NCBI GenBank assembly: GCA_963783305.1
Contig: CAWAMW010000002.1
Coordinates: forward strand, 320,001-384,000
Direction of reading: 5' to 3'
DNA from: an uncultured Gemmatimonadales bacterium
GTDB lineage: Bacteria > Gemmatimonadota > Gemmatimonadetes > Longimicrobiales > RSA9
Length of the DNA: 64,000 nucleotides
The notes beneath the pieces were generated by a model that saw only the letters and a program-made list of their open reading frames with translations, ran no database searches and had not been told where the DNA came from. A program made the position numbers and the translations under genes. This document shows positions 44,654 through 53,986 of this stretch, piece after piece (positions within the stretch are counted from its first letter, which is position 1; every line of letters begins with the position of its first letter).

Positions 44654-46120
44654 ATGACGACTCCGGATCACCCGCGCCTCGTCCTTCTCCGGTTCGCCGG
44701 TGAGCTCTTCATCAAGTCGCGCCGGACCCGGTCCGGGTTCCTCCAGCGCCTCCGGTCGAACCTCGAGGACGCCCTCCGCGACGTGCCGGGCGGCGCGACA
44801 GTCGAGGGTGGATGGGACCGGCTCTACGTGCGCTACAGCGATGAAGCCGTACTCGACATCCTGCCGCGCGTCTTTGGCATCAGCTCACTGAGCCCCATCG
44901 ACCGCGTCACACCGGCCGACCTGGAGGGCATCGTGGACGCCGGCGCCGACGTGTTCACCGACGCGGTGCGCGGCCGCACCTTCGCCGTGCGCGCTCGCCG
45001 GGCCGGGTCCCACGCCTTCAGCTCGGCCGACATTCAGATCAAGCTCGGAGCCCGGCTGCTGGAGGCGTCGGCGGGCGTGGACCTGGACCACCCGGAGGTC
45101 GAGGCGTTCGTGGAAGTGCGGGACCGGGACGCCTATCTCTTCTCCCGACGGATTCCCGGCGCCGGTGGGCTCCCGCTCGGAGTGGAAGGACGGGCCGTCA
45201 CGCTCCTGTCCGGCGGCTATGACTCCGCGGTGGCCGCGTGGCTCATGCTCAAGCGCGGCATCACGCAGGACTACGTCTTCTGCAACCTGGGCGGCGACGC
45301 CTACGAGCGAGCCGTCCTGCAGGTCGGGAAGCTGGTGGCGGACGACTGGAGCTACGGCACCCGGCCGCGCCTGCACGTGGTCGATTTCGAGGAGCCGCTC
45401 CGGGCGCTCCGGGAGGGGGCGAAGGAGAAGTACTGGCAGGTGGTCCTGAAGCGGCTCATGTACCGCGCGGCATCACAGGTGGCCGCCGAGTTGGGCGGGC
45501 AGGCCATCATCACCGGCGAGGCGGTGGGACAGGTATCATCGCAGACGCTCTCGAACCTGAGGGCGATCGAGCCCGCGGCGGACCTGCCCGTCTTCCGGCC
45601 CCTCCTGGGGTTCGACAAGGACGAGATCATCGACCGCGCCAAACACATCGGGACGGCGGGCCTGTCGGAGCAGGTGAAGGAGTACTGCGCGATCGCGCCC
45701 GGCCGGCCGGTGACCGCTGCCACGGTGGAGGGGGTGGCAGCGGAAGAGGAGAAGGTGGAGCTGCGGACCGTCTCGCGCGCCGTCGCCGACCGCCGGATCC
45801 TGGACCTCCGGGAGCTCACGTCCACCGACCTCGTGGCGCCCTACCTCTTCACCGACGAGGTGCCGGACCGTGCCGTGGTGATCGACTGTCGCCCGGAGTC
45901 GGCGTTCGGAGCGTGGCACCTGGAGGGCGCCGAGCGGCGGGACGAGTGGCAGCTGCTGCGGAAGTTCGGGAGCCTCGACCGCGAGCGCCGCTACGTCCTC
46001 TACTGCGCCCATGGCATCCAGAGCGCGCACGTCGCGGAGAAGATGCAGAACGCGGGGTACGAGGCCTACTCGTTCCGGGGCGGCGCTCCCGCCCTTCGGA
46101 GGTGGTCGGAGCGCGACTGA
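44654..46120 (+). CDS. thiI: tRNA 4-thiouridine synthase with THUMP and C-terminal rhodanese domain
   Basis: GELFIKS, GGLPLG, LLSGGYDS PP-loop, TGEAVGQVSSQT, EYC, YCAHGIQS. Confidence 0.93.
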   Translation: MTTPDHPRLVLLRFAGELFIKSRRTRSGFLQRLRSNLEDALRDVPGGATVEGGWDRLYVRYSDEAVLDILPRVFGISSLSPIDRVTPADLEGIVDAGADVFTDAVRGRTFAVRARRAGSHAFSSADIQIKLGARLLEASAGVDLDHPEVEAFVEVRDRDAYLFSRRIPGAGGLPLGVEGRAVTLLSGGYDSAVAAWLMLKRGITQDYVFCNLGGDAYERAVLQVGKLVADDWSYGTRPRLHVVDFEEPLRALREGAKEKYWQVVLKRLMYRAASQVAAELGGQAIITGEAVGQVSSQTLSNLRAIEPAADLPVFRPLLGFDKDEIIDRAKHIGTAGLSEQVKEYCAIAPGRPVTAATVEGVAAEEEKVELRTVSRAVADRRILDLRELTSTDLVAPYLFTDEVPDRAVVIDCRPESAFGAWHLEGAERRDEWQLLRKFGSLDRERRYVLYCAHGIQSAHVAEKMQNAGYEAYSFRGGAPALRRWSERD

Positions 46121-46147
46121 CGCTTCAGCCGGCGGTATCGCTCCCGC

Positions 46148-47128
46148 TCACCAGCGGAGCACGACCTTCCCGAACGTCTCGTTGGACTCGAGGAGCCGAT
46201 GGGCCTCAGCGGCCTCGGCCATGGGGAGGACCTGGTGGATCGGCGGGCGCGCCTCGCCGCGGGCCACCAGCGCGAGGCCGTCCCTGGAAAACGCGCGGGT
46301 GGCGGCGGCCTTCTCGGCGCTCGACCGGCTGCGCAGAACGGTGCCGGTGATCGTCAGCCGCTTGCGGAGCAGCACGCCCATATCGAGGTCGGCCGACCGG
46401 CCGCGCGTCAGCCCCACCACCACGATCCGCCCGAGCGAAGCCACACAGCGCAGGTCTTCCTCCAGGTAGTCGCCCCCGACCAGCTCGAGAATGGCCTCGA
46501 CTCCGCGGCCTGCGGTGAGCGAGCGCACCGCATCGGAAAACGCGCCGTCCTCGGGGTGAATCCCCTCGTCGAGCCCCAACTCCCGCGCCCGCTCGATCTT
46601 CCACGCGCTCCGGGACGTGCCGATAACGCGCACCCCCCACGCCTTCGCCAGCTGGAGGGCGGCGGTGCCGACACCGCTCCCCACTGCGTGGACCAGGAGC
46701 GTCTCTCCTGAGCGCAAACCCAGCCGCGCGCGAAGCGCGTCATGGGCTGTAATGAAGGCCTCGGGTACCGCGGCGGCGACCTCCGCGGCGAGCCCATCCG
46801 GTACCGCCAATGCCTCGTCCGCCGGGACCACCACGTACTCGGCGCACGCGCCGCCACCCGTGAGACCCATCACGCGATCCCCCGGCGCCCAGACCGTCAC
46901 GTGGTGACCCACGCGCTCGACGACCCCAGCGTACTCCAGGCCCGGGATGTCGCGGGGCGCGCCATCGGGGGCGGGGTAATGGCCCTGGCGCTGGAGCAGG
47001 TCGGCGCGGTTAACGCCGGCGGCCTCCACGCGGACGCGGACCTCGCCGGGGCCGGGCTCCGGGTCCGCAACATCGAGGAGCCTGAGCACGTCGGGTGCGC
47101 CAGGCTCCGTGATCACCACCGCTCTCAT
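46148..47128 (-). CDS. NAD(P)H-quinone oxidoreductase (PIG3/MDR family)
   Basis: GVNRADLLQRQG.YP, PGLE, GSGVGTAA, GTVLRSR, GKVVL. Confidence 0.92.
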   Translation of the reverse strand: MRAVVITEPGAPDVLRLLDVADPEPGPGEVRVRVEAAGVNRADLLQRQGHYPAPDGAPRDIPGLEYAGVVERVGHHVTVWAPGDRVMGLTGGGACAEYVVVPADEALAVPDGLAAEVAAAVPEAFITAHDALRARLGLRSGETLLVHAVGSGVGTAALQLAKAWGVRVIGTSRSAWKIERARELGLDEGIHPEDGAFSDAVRSLTAGRGVEAILELVGGDYLEEDLRCVASLGRIVVVGLTRGRSADLDMGVLLRKRLTITGTVLRSRSSAEKAAATRAFSRDGLALVARGEARPPIHQVLPMAEAAEAHRLLESNETFGKVVLRW

Positions 47129-47149
47129 GGTCCTCCGCCGCGCGAAGGG

Positions 47150-47419
47150 CTACAGCGCCTTGCGCGCCACCAGGTGGTAGATGAAGGGGAAAAACAGCGC
47201 CCCGAGCACCGCCCCGACCAGCGCCCCGAAACGGATCGGCGTGGGGTCGTGGGCCACGTAGGGCGCGGTGCCGAGCATGCCGCCAATGAAGGCGCCCGCC
47301 ACACCGAAGAAGATGCTCAGGAAGACGGTGGTCGTCGGCCCGCGGTACACGGCGCCGACGAGGAGTCCCGCGCCGATCCCGAGCGCCAGCCAGATCAGGA
47401 AACCAATCACGAAGGTCAT
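47150..47419 (-). CDS. GlsB/YeaQ/YmgE-like small membrane protein
   Basis: Three TM helices, GVAGAFIGGMLG, GAVLGA. Confidence 0.7.
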   Translation of the reverse strand: MTFVIGFLIWLALGIGAGLLVGAVYRGPTTTVFLSIFFGVAGAFIGGMLGTAPYVAHDPTPIRFGALVGAVLGALFFPFIYHLVARKAL

Positions 47420-47501
47420 AGGGCGGGGATATACACGGCGGCAGCACGACACGCAAGCCCGGAGGGCGTCCGCTTTTCCGTGCTCCCGGACCCGCCGCCA
47501 G

Positions 47502-48803
47502 TCACCCGGTCACATCGCCCGCGGACAGCGCCGAGTCGTCGTCCATCTCCGCCCGGTGGGTGGGGGCCGGGATGCGCGTGGCCAGGATCGCGGCCAGCAC
47601 CACCAGCGCCGACCCGACCACAAAGGGGCTCCCGATCCCGACCCGTTCGAACAGGAGTCCGGCCCCTACCGGACCCAGCACGCGCCCCACTCCGCCGACC
47701 ACCTGCTGGCCTCCGAGCATAGCGCCCTGCGAGTCGCGGTCGCTCTCCTGCGATACGAGGCTCGCCAGCGATGGGAACGTCAGTCCCGTGGCGAGCGCCC
47801 AGAAGGGCACCATGGCGAACATCAGCGACGGATCCGGCAGCAGTGGGATCGCGAAGAGCGTCGCCGCCAGCACCAGCGTTCCGGCCCGGACGATCCACCG
47901 CTCGCCGAACCGGCGAGCGAGCCACCCCACGATCAGCCCCCGGACCACGACCGTGGTACCGCCGGCCGTGGCGAAGATCACGCCCATGTCCATGGCATCC
48001 ATGCCGTGGGCCCGCTCCGCGTACAGCGCCAGCACCGACGTCATCGCCGTGAAGGACATGATCGACAGGAAGTACACCAGGAGCAGCAGTCCGACCGGGA
48101 AGCTCACGAGCGCAGCGACCCAGCGCCGTAGCGTCCCCGCCTGCGCCGCAGCGGGTGCCCCCCGCTCCTCCACCCCCGCGGCCGCCCCTCGATCCGCACC
48201 CTCCGCCGCACCCTCCGCGTACCTGTTCTCCGCCGCGCGGCTGGCCTGGGTGCCACGCCGGGACTCGGGCAGGAAGAACAACGCCGCCACTCCGTTGACC
48301 ACGCAGAGTCCCGCGGCGATGAACCCCGGCACCGCATAGCCGAAACCGCTGAAATAGCCGCCGATCGCCGGGCCGATGAGGATCCCCAGACCGGACGCGG
48401 CGCCGAGCATCCCCATCCCGTGAGCCCGGTCAGCCGGACCGGTCGTGTCGGCGACGTACGCCTGGGCCACCGAGATCGTGCCGCCCGCCGCGCCCGCCGC
48501 AATGCGGGAGACGAAGAGCGCCAGGAGCGATGCGGCGAAGCCGAAAATGACGTAGGAGACGGCCGACGCGAACAGGCCGGCGATGATAAACGGCCTGCGG
48601 CCCAGGCGGTCCGACAGCCGCCCCCAGATGGGCACGGCCACGAACTGCATGGCGGAGAACGAAGCGATGAGCAGGGTCACCTGGAATGGAGACGCCCCGA
48701 ACTCCTCTGCGTAGTACGGCAGCAGCGGGAGCACGATCCCGAACCCCACCATGTCCACCAGGACGGTGACGAAGAGAATGGCGAGCCGGGATGTCTTGAG
48801 CAT
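47502..48803 (-). CDS. MFS transporter (TetA/DHA1-like)
   Basis: DMVGFGIVLPLLP, WGRLSDRLGRRP, AQAYVAD, GPAIGG. Confidence 0.92.
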   Translation of the reverse strand: MLKTSRLAILFVTVLVDMVGFGIVLPLLPYYAEEFGASPFQVTLLIASFSAMQFVAVPIWGRLSDRLGRRPFIIAGLFASAVSYVIFGFAASLLALFVSRIAAGAAGGTISVAQAYVADTTGPADRAHGMGMLGAASGLGILIGPAIGGYFSGFGYAVPGFIAAGLCVVNGVAALFFLPESRRGTQASRAAENRYAEGAAEGADRGAAAGVEERGAPAAAQAGTLRRWVAALVSFPVGLLLLVYFLSIMSFTAMTSVLALYAERAHGMDAMDMGVIFATAGGTTVVVRGLIVGWLARRFGERWIVRAGTLVLAATLFAIPLLPDPSLMFAMVPFWALATGLTFPSLASLVSQESDRDSQGAMLGGQQVVGGVGRVLGPVGAGLLFERVGIGSPFVVGSALVVLAAILATRIPAPTHRAEMDDDSALSAGDVTG

Positions 48804-48939
48804 CTGTACGCGCGGGGCGCGGTGCGAGAGTGCTTGTACGGCGAAAGGGCAGGACCTACATTGCTCCCTGATCAGTCCCCCCCTCGACCGGGCCTGTCGA
48901 TCAGACCAGGGAGGGTTTCCGGGACGGCTACCCGATGCC

Positions 48940-50439
48940 ATGCTTCGCCGACCAGCCCAGAGCGTAACCGACTTCCAGGAACGGTACGATGTCCTCCTCG
49001 ACATCGGACGCGTCCTCACGGCCACGCTCGAGCCGCACGAGCTCTATCGCACGATCTACGAGCAGGCGAGCCGGGTCCTGGAGACCACCGGTTTCTACAT
49101 CTCCCTCTACGAACCCGACGACGACCAGGCGACCGTGGTATTCTTCGCCGATCGGGGCGTGATCGAGCGGCCGGGAACAACCTACCGGGGGTCGGAGAGC
49201 CGCGCCATACGTGACCGCGAGCCGGTGCTGGAGGATCTGACTCGCTCGGATCGGGGAATCGTGCTCCTTGGCTCGGACCACGACGAGGAGCTCACCCGCT
49301 CCATCATCGCGGCGCCCATGATCCACGAGCGCCAGGTCCTCGGCGTCATCAGCGCCCAGAGCTACAGCGCCGCCGCCTACTCCGAGGACGACCTCAAGCT
49401 CCTGACCGCCCTCGCCGATCTCTCCGCCGTGGCGGTCTGGAACGCGCGCACCGTAAAGGAGCTGGAACAGACGACCCGCGAGCTGGAGCGGATGGCCGAA
49501 GTGACCCGCGCCATCACGTCCTCCCTGGATCTCAGCGAGGTGCTCCAGCGGATCGTCCGCGCCACACGCGACCTGGTGCGGTCGGACGGGTCCGGCGTGT
49601 GGCTGCTCCGCCCCGATGCCCGTGCGGAGCTGGCGATCGCCGTGGGCGACATGGCGTTGCCCGTCGGGATCAGCGTCCCCATTACCGAGGAGGTGCACCG
49701 CCGGCTTCGGGACTCGCGCGAGCCCATCATCCTCGATGGGGAACCCATGCAATCGATGCTCCCGCCCGAGATCAGGGAGCTCATGACCGCGGCCAGCGGG
49801 GTCGCCGTTCCACTCCTCGCCGATGGCGAGCTGATTGGCGCCCTTTCCGTCAGCCATATCGAGCGGCATCGCTATTCGGCCCGTGTCATCCGCCTCCTTC
49901 AGCGCCTGGCGGTGCACGCGGCCGTGGCCGTGGCCAACGCGCGGCTCCACGAGCAGGTCCGGACCCTGTCACTCACGGACCCGCTCACTCACCTCCCCAA
50001 CCGCCGCCACATGGACATGTTCCTCGCCAAGGAGTTCGCCGCGGCCGAGCGCGGCCGGAGCCTCACCGTGGTCCTCTTCGACCTCAACGACTTCAAGCAG
50101 TACAACGACACCGCCGGACACCAGGCGGGCGACACGGTGCTGCAACGGTTCGCCGAACTGATGGCGGGCGAGACGCGCGCCATGAACCTCGCCGCCCGCT
50201 ACGGCGGCGACGAGTTCATCTGCATCCTCTCCGACACCGACGAGGAGGGCGGCGCCATCCATGCCGGCCGCGTCATGAAGGCCGTCCGCGAGGACGCCGC
50301 CATGGGCGCGGTAAGCGTCAGCGCCGGCGTGGCCACGTTCGAGGATGGGATGACCACGTCCGATGACCTCATCCGCAGGGCCGATGAGGCGCTCTACCGC
50401 GCCAAGTCCGCCCGCGATGGGAAGACCGTCACCTCCTGA
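48940..50439 (+). CDS. GAF-GAF diguanylate cyclase
   Basis: TDPLTHLPNRR, DLNDFKQYND..GH..GD, RYGGDEF, ADEALY.AK; I-site position reads RAMN. Confidence 0.92.
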   Translation: MLRRPAQSVTDFQERYDVLLDIGRVLTATLEPHELYRTIYEQASRVLETTGFYISLYEPDDDQATVVFFADRGVIERPGTTYRGSESRAIRDREPVLEDLTRSDRGIVLLGSDHDEELTRSIIAAPMIHERQVLGVISAQSYSAAAYSEDDLKLLTALADLSAVAVWNARTVKELEQTTRELERMAEVTRAITSSLDLSEVLQRIVRATRDLVRSDGSGVWLLRPDARAELAIAVGDMALPVGISVPITEEVHRRLRDSREPIILDGEPMQSMLPPEIRELMTAASGVAVPLLADGELIGALSVSHIERHRYSARVIRLLQRLAVHAAVAVANARLHEQVRTLSLTDPLTHLPNRRHMDMFLAKEFAAAERGRSLTVVLFDLNDFKQYNDTAGHQAGDTVLQRFAELMAGETRAMNLAARYGGDEFICILSDTDEEGGAIHAGRVMKAVREDAAMGAVSVSAGVATFEDGMTTSDDLIRRADEALYRAKSARDGKTVTS

Positions 50440-50492
50440 GATCGTCCCAATCCGCTATCGCTGGACTCGCCGCCACACCCGATCTTGTTCTC

Positions 50493-50942
50493 ATGTACTC
50501 GCACAAACGGTACTCGATCAGGATCCGGGATGGTGTCGGCCGATACGGCGATGACCCCGGCCCCGCCGAGGAGCACCCGGGGGCACAGGCGCTCCAGGAC
50601 CTGCCGGGCGCGGCCGTTCACCATATCCCGCTCATTGTGGCGCGCTATGCGGCCGTGCGGGCGTGGTCGCTCCACTTCCAATCCGCCCCTGCCGTAGTGG
50701 TCGAGCACGCCACGAGCGCCGCCACGGCGCACCTGCAGGCGACAGGCAGCGGCTGGGTGGAAAACGAGATGCTGCGTCAGGCCGTCGAGGCACCCGGGGA
50801 CAGCGCCGTTCTCGACCTGCTCCTTTCTGCGGCGACGGCCGCCGACGCCGTGGGTCACGTCCACGGTGCCCGTGCATTGCGGGAACTCGTGCACCGAGCG
50901 CGCTGGCGGGCGAGTGGATATCGGCCGTCGCGCCCTGGATAG
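50493..50942 (+). CDS. Hypothetical protein
   Basis: 149-aa ORF filling the gap co-directionally; no motif recognised. Confidence 0.5.
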   Translation: MYSHKRYSIRIRDGVGRYGDDPGPAEEHPGAQALQDLPGAAVHHIPLIVARYAAVRAWSLHFQSAPAVVVEHATSAATAHLQATGSGWVENEMLRQAVEAPGDSAVLDLLLSAATAADAVGHVHGARALRELVHRARWRASGYRPSRPG

Positions 50943-50951
50943 GGGGGGCGT

Positions 50952-51167
50952 GTGACCGGCGGGTTCACGGCACCGGAGCGGAAGGCGCTCGCGACGGCAC
51001 TCGCGCGCGGAGAAGAGCCGCCGTGCCCCGCGTGCGGTGCGGCGCTGAGCCAGCGGCCGGTCCCGCCATCAAGGCAGGTGTCCTACGTCCGGCGCCGGGT
51101 GTGGCTGCTGTGCCCGTCCTGCAAGCGGACGGGCGCGGTGGACGTGCGGGATAGCCCGGAGGGCTGA
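50952..51167 (+). CDS. Small zinc-ribbon protein
   Basis: CPACG...CPSC; G-rich RBS before GTG. Confidence 0.7.
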   Translation: MTGGFTAPERKALATALARGEEPPCPACGAALSQRPVPPSRQVSYVRRRVWLLCPSCKRTGAVDVRDSPEG

Positions 51168-51184
51168 GCCGACGGCTGGCACCG

Positions 51185-52198
51185 TCAGCGAGGGCGAGCC
51201 ACCATGATGCCGTCCTGCCCGTCGATCCGGAGGATCCGGACGGCCAGCGGCTGGTCGCTGATCTCCAGCACCTTCCCCACCAGGGGGGCATGCATGAGGT
51301 GCAGCTGCCCGTCCTGCCAGAGGGCGAATCCGGTGTGGGCCACGTCGAGTCCCTCGATGCTGCTGGTCGCCGCGATGATGTCGCCGTCGCGGATCCCATC
51401 GGCGGCCCTGGCGATGTCCTCCTGCGGGATCCTGCTGAGGCTCCTGGCGCTCAGCGCGTCCTCGATCTCGCGGATCTCGGCGATGCGCGCAGCGTCGCCA
51501 TTCAGCTTCGGGTAGGCATCGGAGTGCGAGGACATGAAGTCGATGACCTCGTCGTAGGGCTTCCCGCCCAGGTCGGCGGTGACATTCCGGACGAGCCCGA
51601 GCTCCTCGTTGTCGGCGATCCACTCGCTGAAGTAGTGCAACCGGCTGACGTATCCGTCGAGCTGACCATCGCGAAACCGGATACGGGCGAGTTCGTTCAC
51701 GAACGCATCGAAATCTCCGCCGCCGTCGCGGATCAGCCGTGACAGCGCGAGAACGCTCTCGACGTATGTGACGCAGTCGAGCTCTCGCAGGTTCACCACC
51801 ACGCGCTCCGGCCCCGGAATCTCGAGGGTCTGCGCGGTATAGGGCTGGCCGACGAAGCGCCGGCCGGTGCGGACGATGATCTCGCCAATGGGCAGCGTGT
51901 CCATCCGGTTCTCGCTCGCCCACGCCATGATCTCTCCCAAGATCTCCACGTCCTCGGGCGTGTAGACGACCTGGTCGCGAATGATCGCCGAGGGTGCGGG
52001 CTCGGCCGCGTCCAGGGGTGCGGCGGGTCCGTTGAGGGCCCCGGTGCCGGCGAGGTTTTCGCCGGCCTCCCCCTCGGTGGCGGCGTTGCCGCTGAGGGGT
52101 CCCTCGTCGCCGGAGTCGAGGCCGCGGCCGATGAGGAACCAGCCCGCGATCAGGAGGATACCTATGAGTGCGAGAACGTATGCGTAAGGCTTTCCCAT
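51185..52198 (-). CDS. DUF1460 / NlpC-P60-like amidase, membrane-anchored
   Basis: N-terminal TM; LDCVTYVE, RLHYFSEW, GLDVAHTG, LMHA, GIMVARP. Confidence 0.88.
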   Translation of the reverse strand: MGKPYAYVLALIGILLIAGWFLIGRGLDSGDEGPLSGNAATEGEAGENLAGTGALNGPAAPLDAAEPAPSAIIRDQVVYTPEDVEILGEIMAWASENRMDTLPIGEIIVRTGRRFVGQPYTAQTLEIPGPERVVVNLRELDCVTYVESVLALSRLIRDGGGDFDAFVNELARIRFRDGQLDGYVSRLHYFSEWIADNEELGLVRNVTADLGGKPYDEVIDFMSSHSDAYPKLNGDAARIAEIREIEDALSARSLSRIPQEDIARAADGIRDGDIIAATSSIEGLDVAHTGFALWQDGQLHLMHAPLVGKVLEISDQPLAVRILRIDGQDGIMVARPR

Positions 52199-52297
52199 GG
52201 TCGGTCGGGGGTGCAAGGCGCGTACCCGGTGCGTCTTTGACTTCTCGCCCCAAAGAGCGGACTTTTGGAATCCACGTCAACCTGTGCCCTGCGCGCC

Positions 52298-53986
52298 ATG
52301 CCGAAACGAACGGAAGCGGGTCTCCCGGTACTGCGGATGCGTCCTGTCCCCAAGGGGCGGACCGTCGACGCGGAGGCGCTGGACGAGGTGAGGGCGCTGC
52401 TCGGCGACGCCCCACGACGCCGCGACCTGTTGATCGAGCACCTGCACCGGGTCCAGGACCATTACGGCCACCTCTCCGACCGGCACCTCCTGGCGCTGGC
52501 CCGGGAGCTGGACCTGACGGCCGCCGAGGTCTACGAGGTCGCCACCTTCTACCACCACTTCGATGTGGTGAAGGACGGCGGTGAGTCCCCGGCGTCGCTG
52601 ACCATCCGGGTGTGCGACTCCATCGCGTGCGACATGGCCGGGTCGGCCGAGCTCCTCGCGCAGCTGCGGGATCGGCTGGGGGGCCGGGTCCGGGTACAGG
52701 CGGCGCCGTGCATCGGGCGGTGCGAGCGGGCGCCTGCGGCGTTCGTTGCGGACCGCGCCGTGGACCACGCCACGGTAGAGGCGCTGGAGAGCGTCGTCCT
52801 GAGCGACGACCCCACCGCCGAGCTGCCGGACTACCGCCGGATGCCCCTGTATCGGGAGGCCGGCGGCTACGACATGCTCGCGGAGTGCCTGGCAGGGGAC
52901 CGGAGCGCGGAATCGGTGATCGAGAGGCTGGACGCCTCCGGGCTCAAGGGCCTGGGTGGCGCGGGCTTCCCCGCCGCGCGCAAATGGGGCTTCGTCCGCT
53001 CGGAGCCGGGCCCGAGGGCCGTCGTGGTGAATGCGGATGAGGGGGAGCCGGGCACCTTCAAGGACCGGTTCATCATGGAGACGGATCCCCATCGAATGCT
53101 GGAGGGGATGCTCATCGCGGCGTGGGCCGTGGAAGCCGAGCAGGTCTTCATCTACCTGCGCGACGAGTACCCGCACTGTCGGTTGGCGATGAGCGCGGCG
53201 CTGGACGAGCTGCGGGCGAACGCCACCGGTGCCCTCCCGCAGATCCACCTGCGACGCGGCGCGGGCGCGTACATCTGCGGCGAGGAGACGGCGCTCATCG
53301 AGTCGCTGGAGGGGAAGCGCGGGGAGCCGCGGCTCCGTCCGCCGTTCCCTGCCCAGCGGGGCGTCTTCGGGATGCCGACGCTCGTGCACAACGTGGAGAC
53401 GCTCTACTGGATCCCGGAGATCCTGGCGCGGGGCGGCGAGTGGTTCGCGGCCGCCGGGCGCGACGGTCACCCCGGCCAGCGCTTCTATTCCGTGAGCGGC
53501 CGGGTGAAGAAGCCGGGCGTCCACCTGGCGCCGAACGGCACGTCGGTGCGTGAGTTGATCGACGAGTTCGCCGGCGGCATGGTGGAAGGGCACACCTTCT
53601 ACGCGTACCTGCCGGGCGGCGCGTCCGGCGGGATCCTGCCGGCCCGGCTGGGAGACCTGCCGCTGGATTTCGGCGGCGACCTGGGCGAGTACGGGTGCTT
53701 CGTGGGGTCGGGCGCCATCGTCGTGTTGAGCGACCGGGACAGCGCCCGTGCGGCGGCGCTCAACATCATGCGCTTCTTCGCCCACGAGTCGTGCGGCAAG
53801 TGCACGCCCTGCCGGGTGGGCACGGCCAAGGCCGTGAAGCTGCTGGAGGAGCCGGCGCTCGACCGTGACCTCATGAAGGAGCTGGGGGACGCCATGGCGG
53901 ACGCGTCCATCTGCGGACTCGGACAGGCGGCGCCGAACGTGATACACAGGGTGCTGGAGCACTTCCCGGAGGAGTTCGACGCATGA
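52298..53986 (+). CDS. NAD-dependent formate dehydrogenase beta subunit (NuoE-NuoF-like fusion)
   Basis: EVATFYHHF, CDSIAC..CIGRC, GLGGAGFP, NADEGEPGTFKD, YICGEE, ESCGKCTPCR..ICGLG. Confidence 0.92.
   Translation: MPKRTEAGLPVLRMRPVPKGRTVDAEALDEVRALLGDAPRRRDLLIEHLHRVQDHYGHLSDRHLLALARELDLTAAEVYEVATFYHHFDVVKDGGESPASLTIRVCDSIACDMAGSAELLAQLRDRLGGRVRVQAAPCIGRCERAPAAFVADRAVDHATVEALESVVLSDDPTAELPDYRRMPLYREAGGYDMLAECLAGDRSAESVIERLDASGLKGLGGAGFPAARKWGFVRSEPGPRAVVVNADEGEPGTFKDRFIMETDPHRMLEGMLIAAWAVEAEQVFIYLRDEYPHCRLAMSAALDELRANATGALPQIHLRRGAGAYICGEETALIESLEGKRGEPRLRPPFPAQRGVFGMPTLVHNVETLYWIPEILARGGEWFAAAGRDGHPGQRFYSVSGRVKKPGVHLAPNGTSVRELIDEFAGGMVEGHTFYAYLPGGASGGILPARLGDLPLDFGGDLGEYGCFVGSGAIVVLSDRDSARAAALNIMRFFAHESCGKCTPCRVGTAKAVKLLEEPALDRDLMKELGDAMADASICGLGQAAPNVIHRVLEHFPEEFDA

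Noticed and set aside
47502..48803. Tetracycline resistance gene
   Set aside because: Generic DHA1-type MFS with no tetR or mobile context; substrate cannot be assigned.
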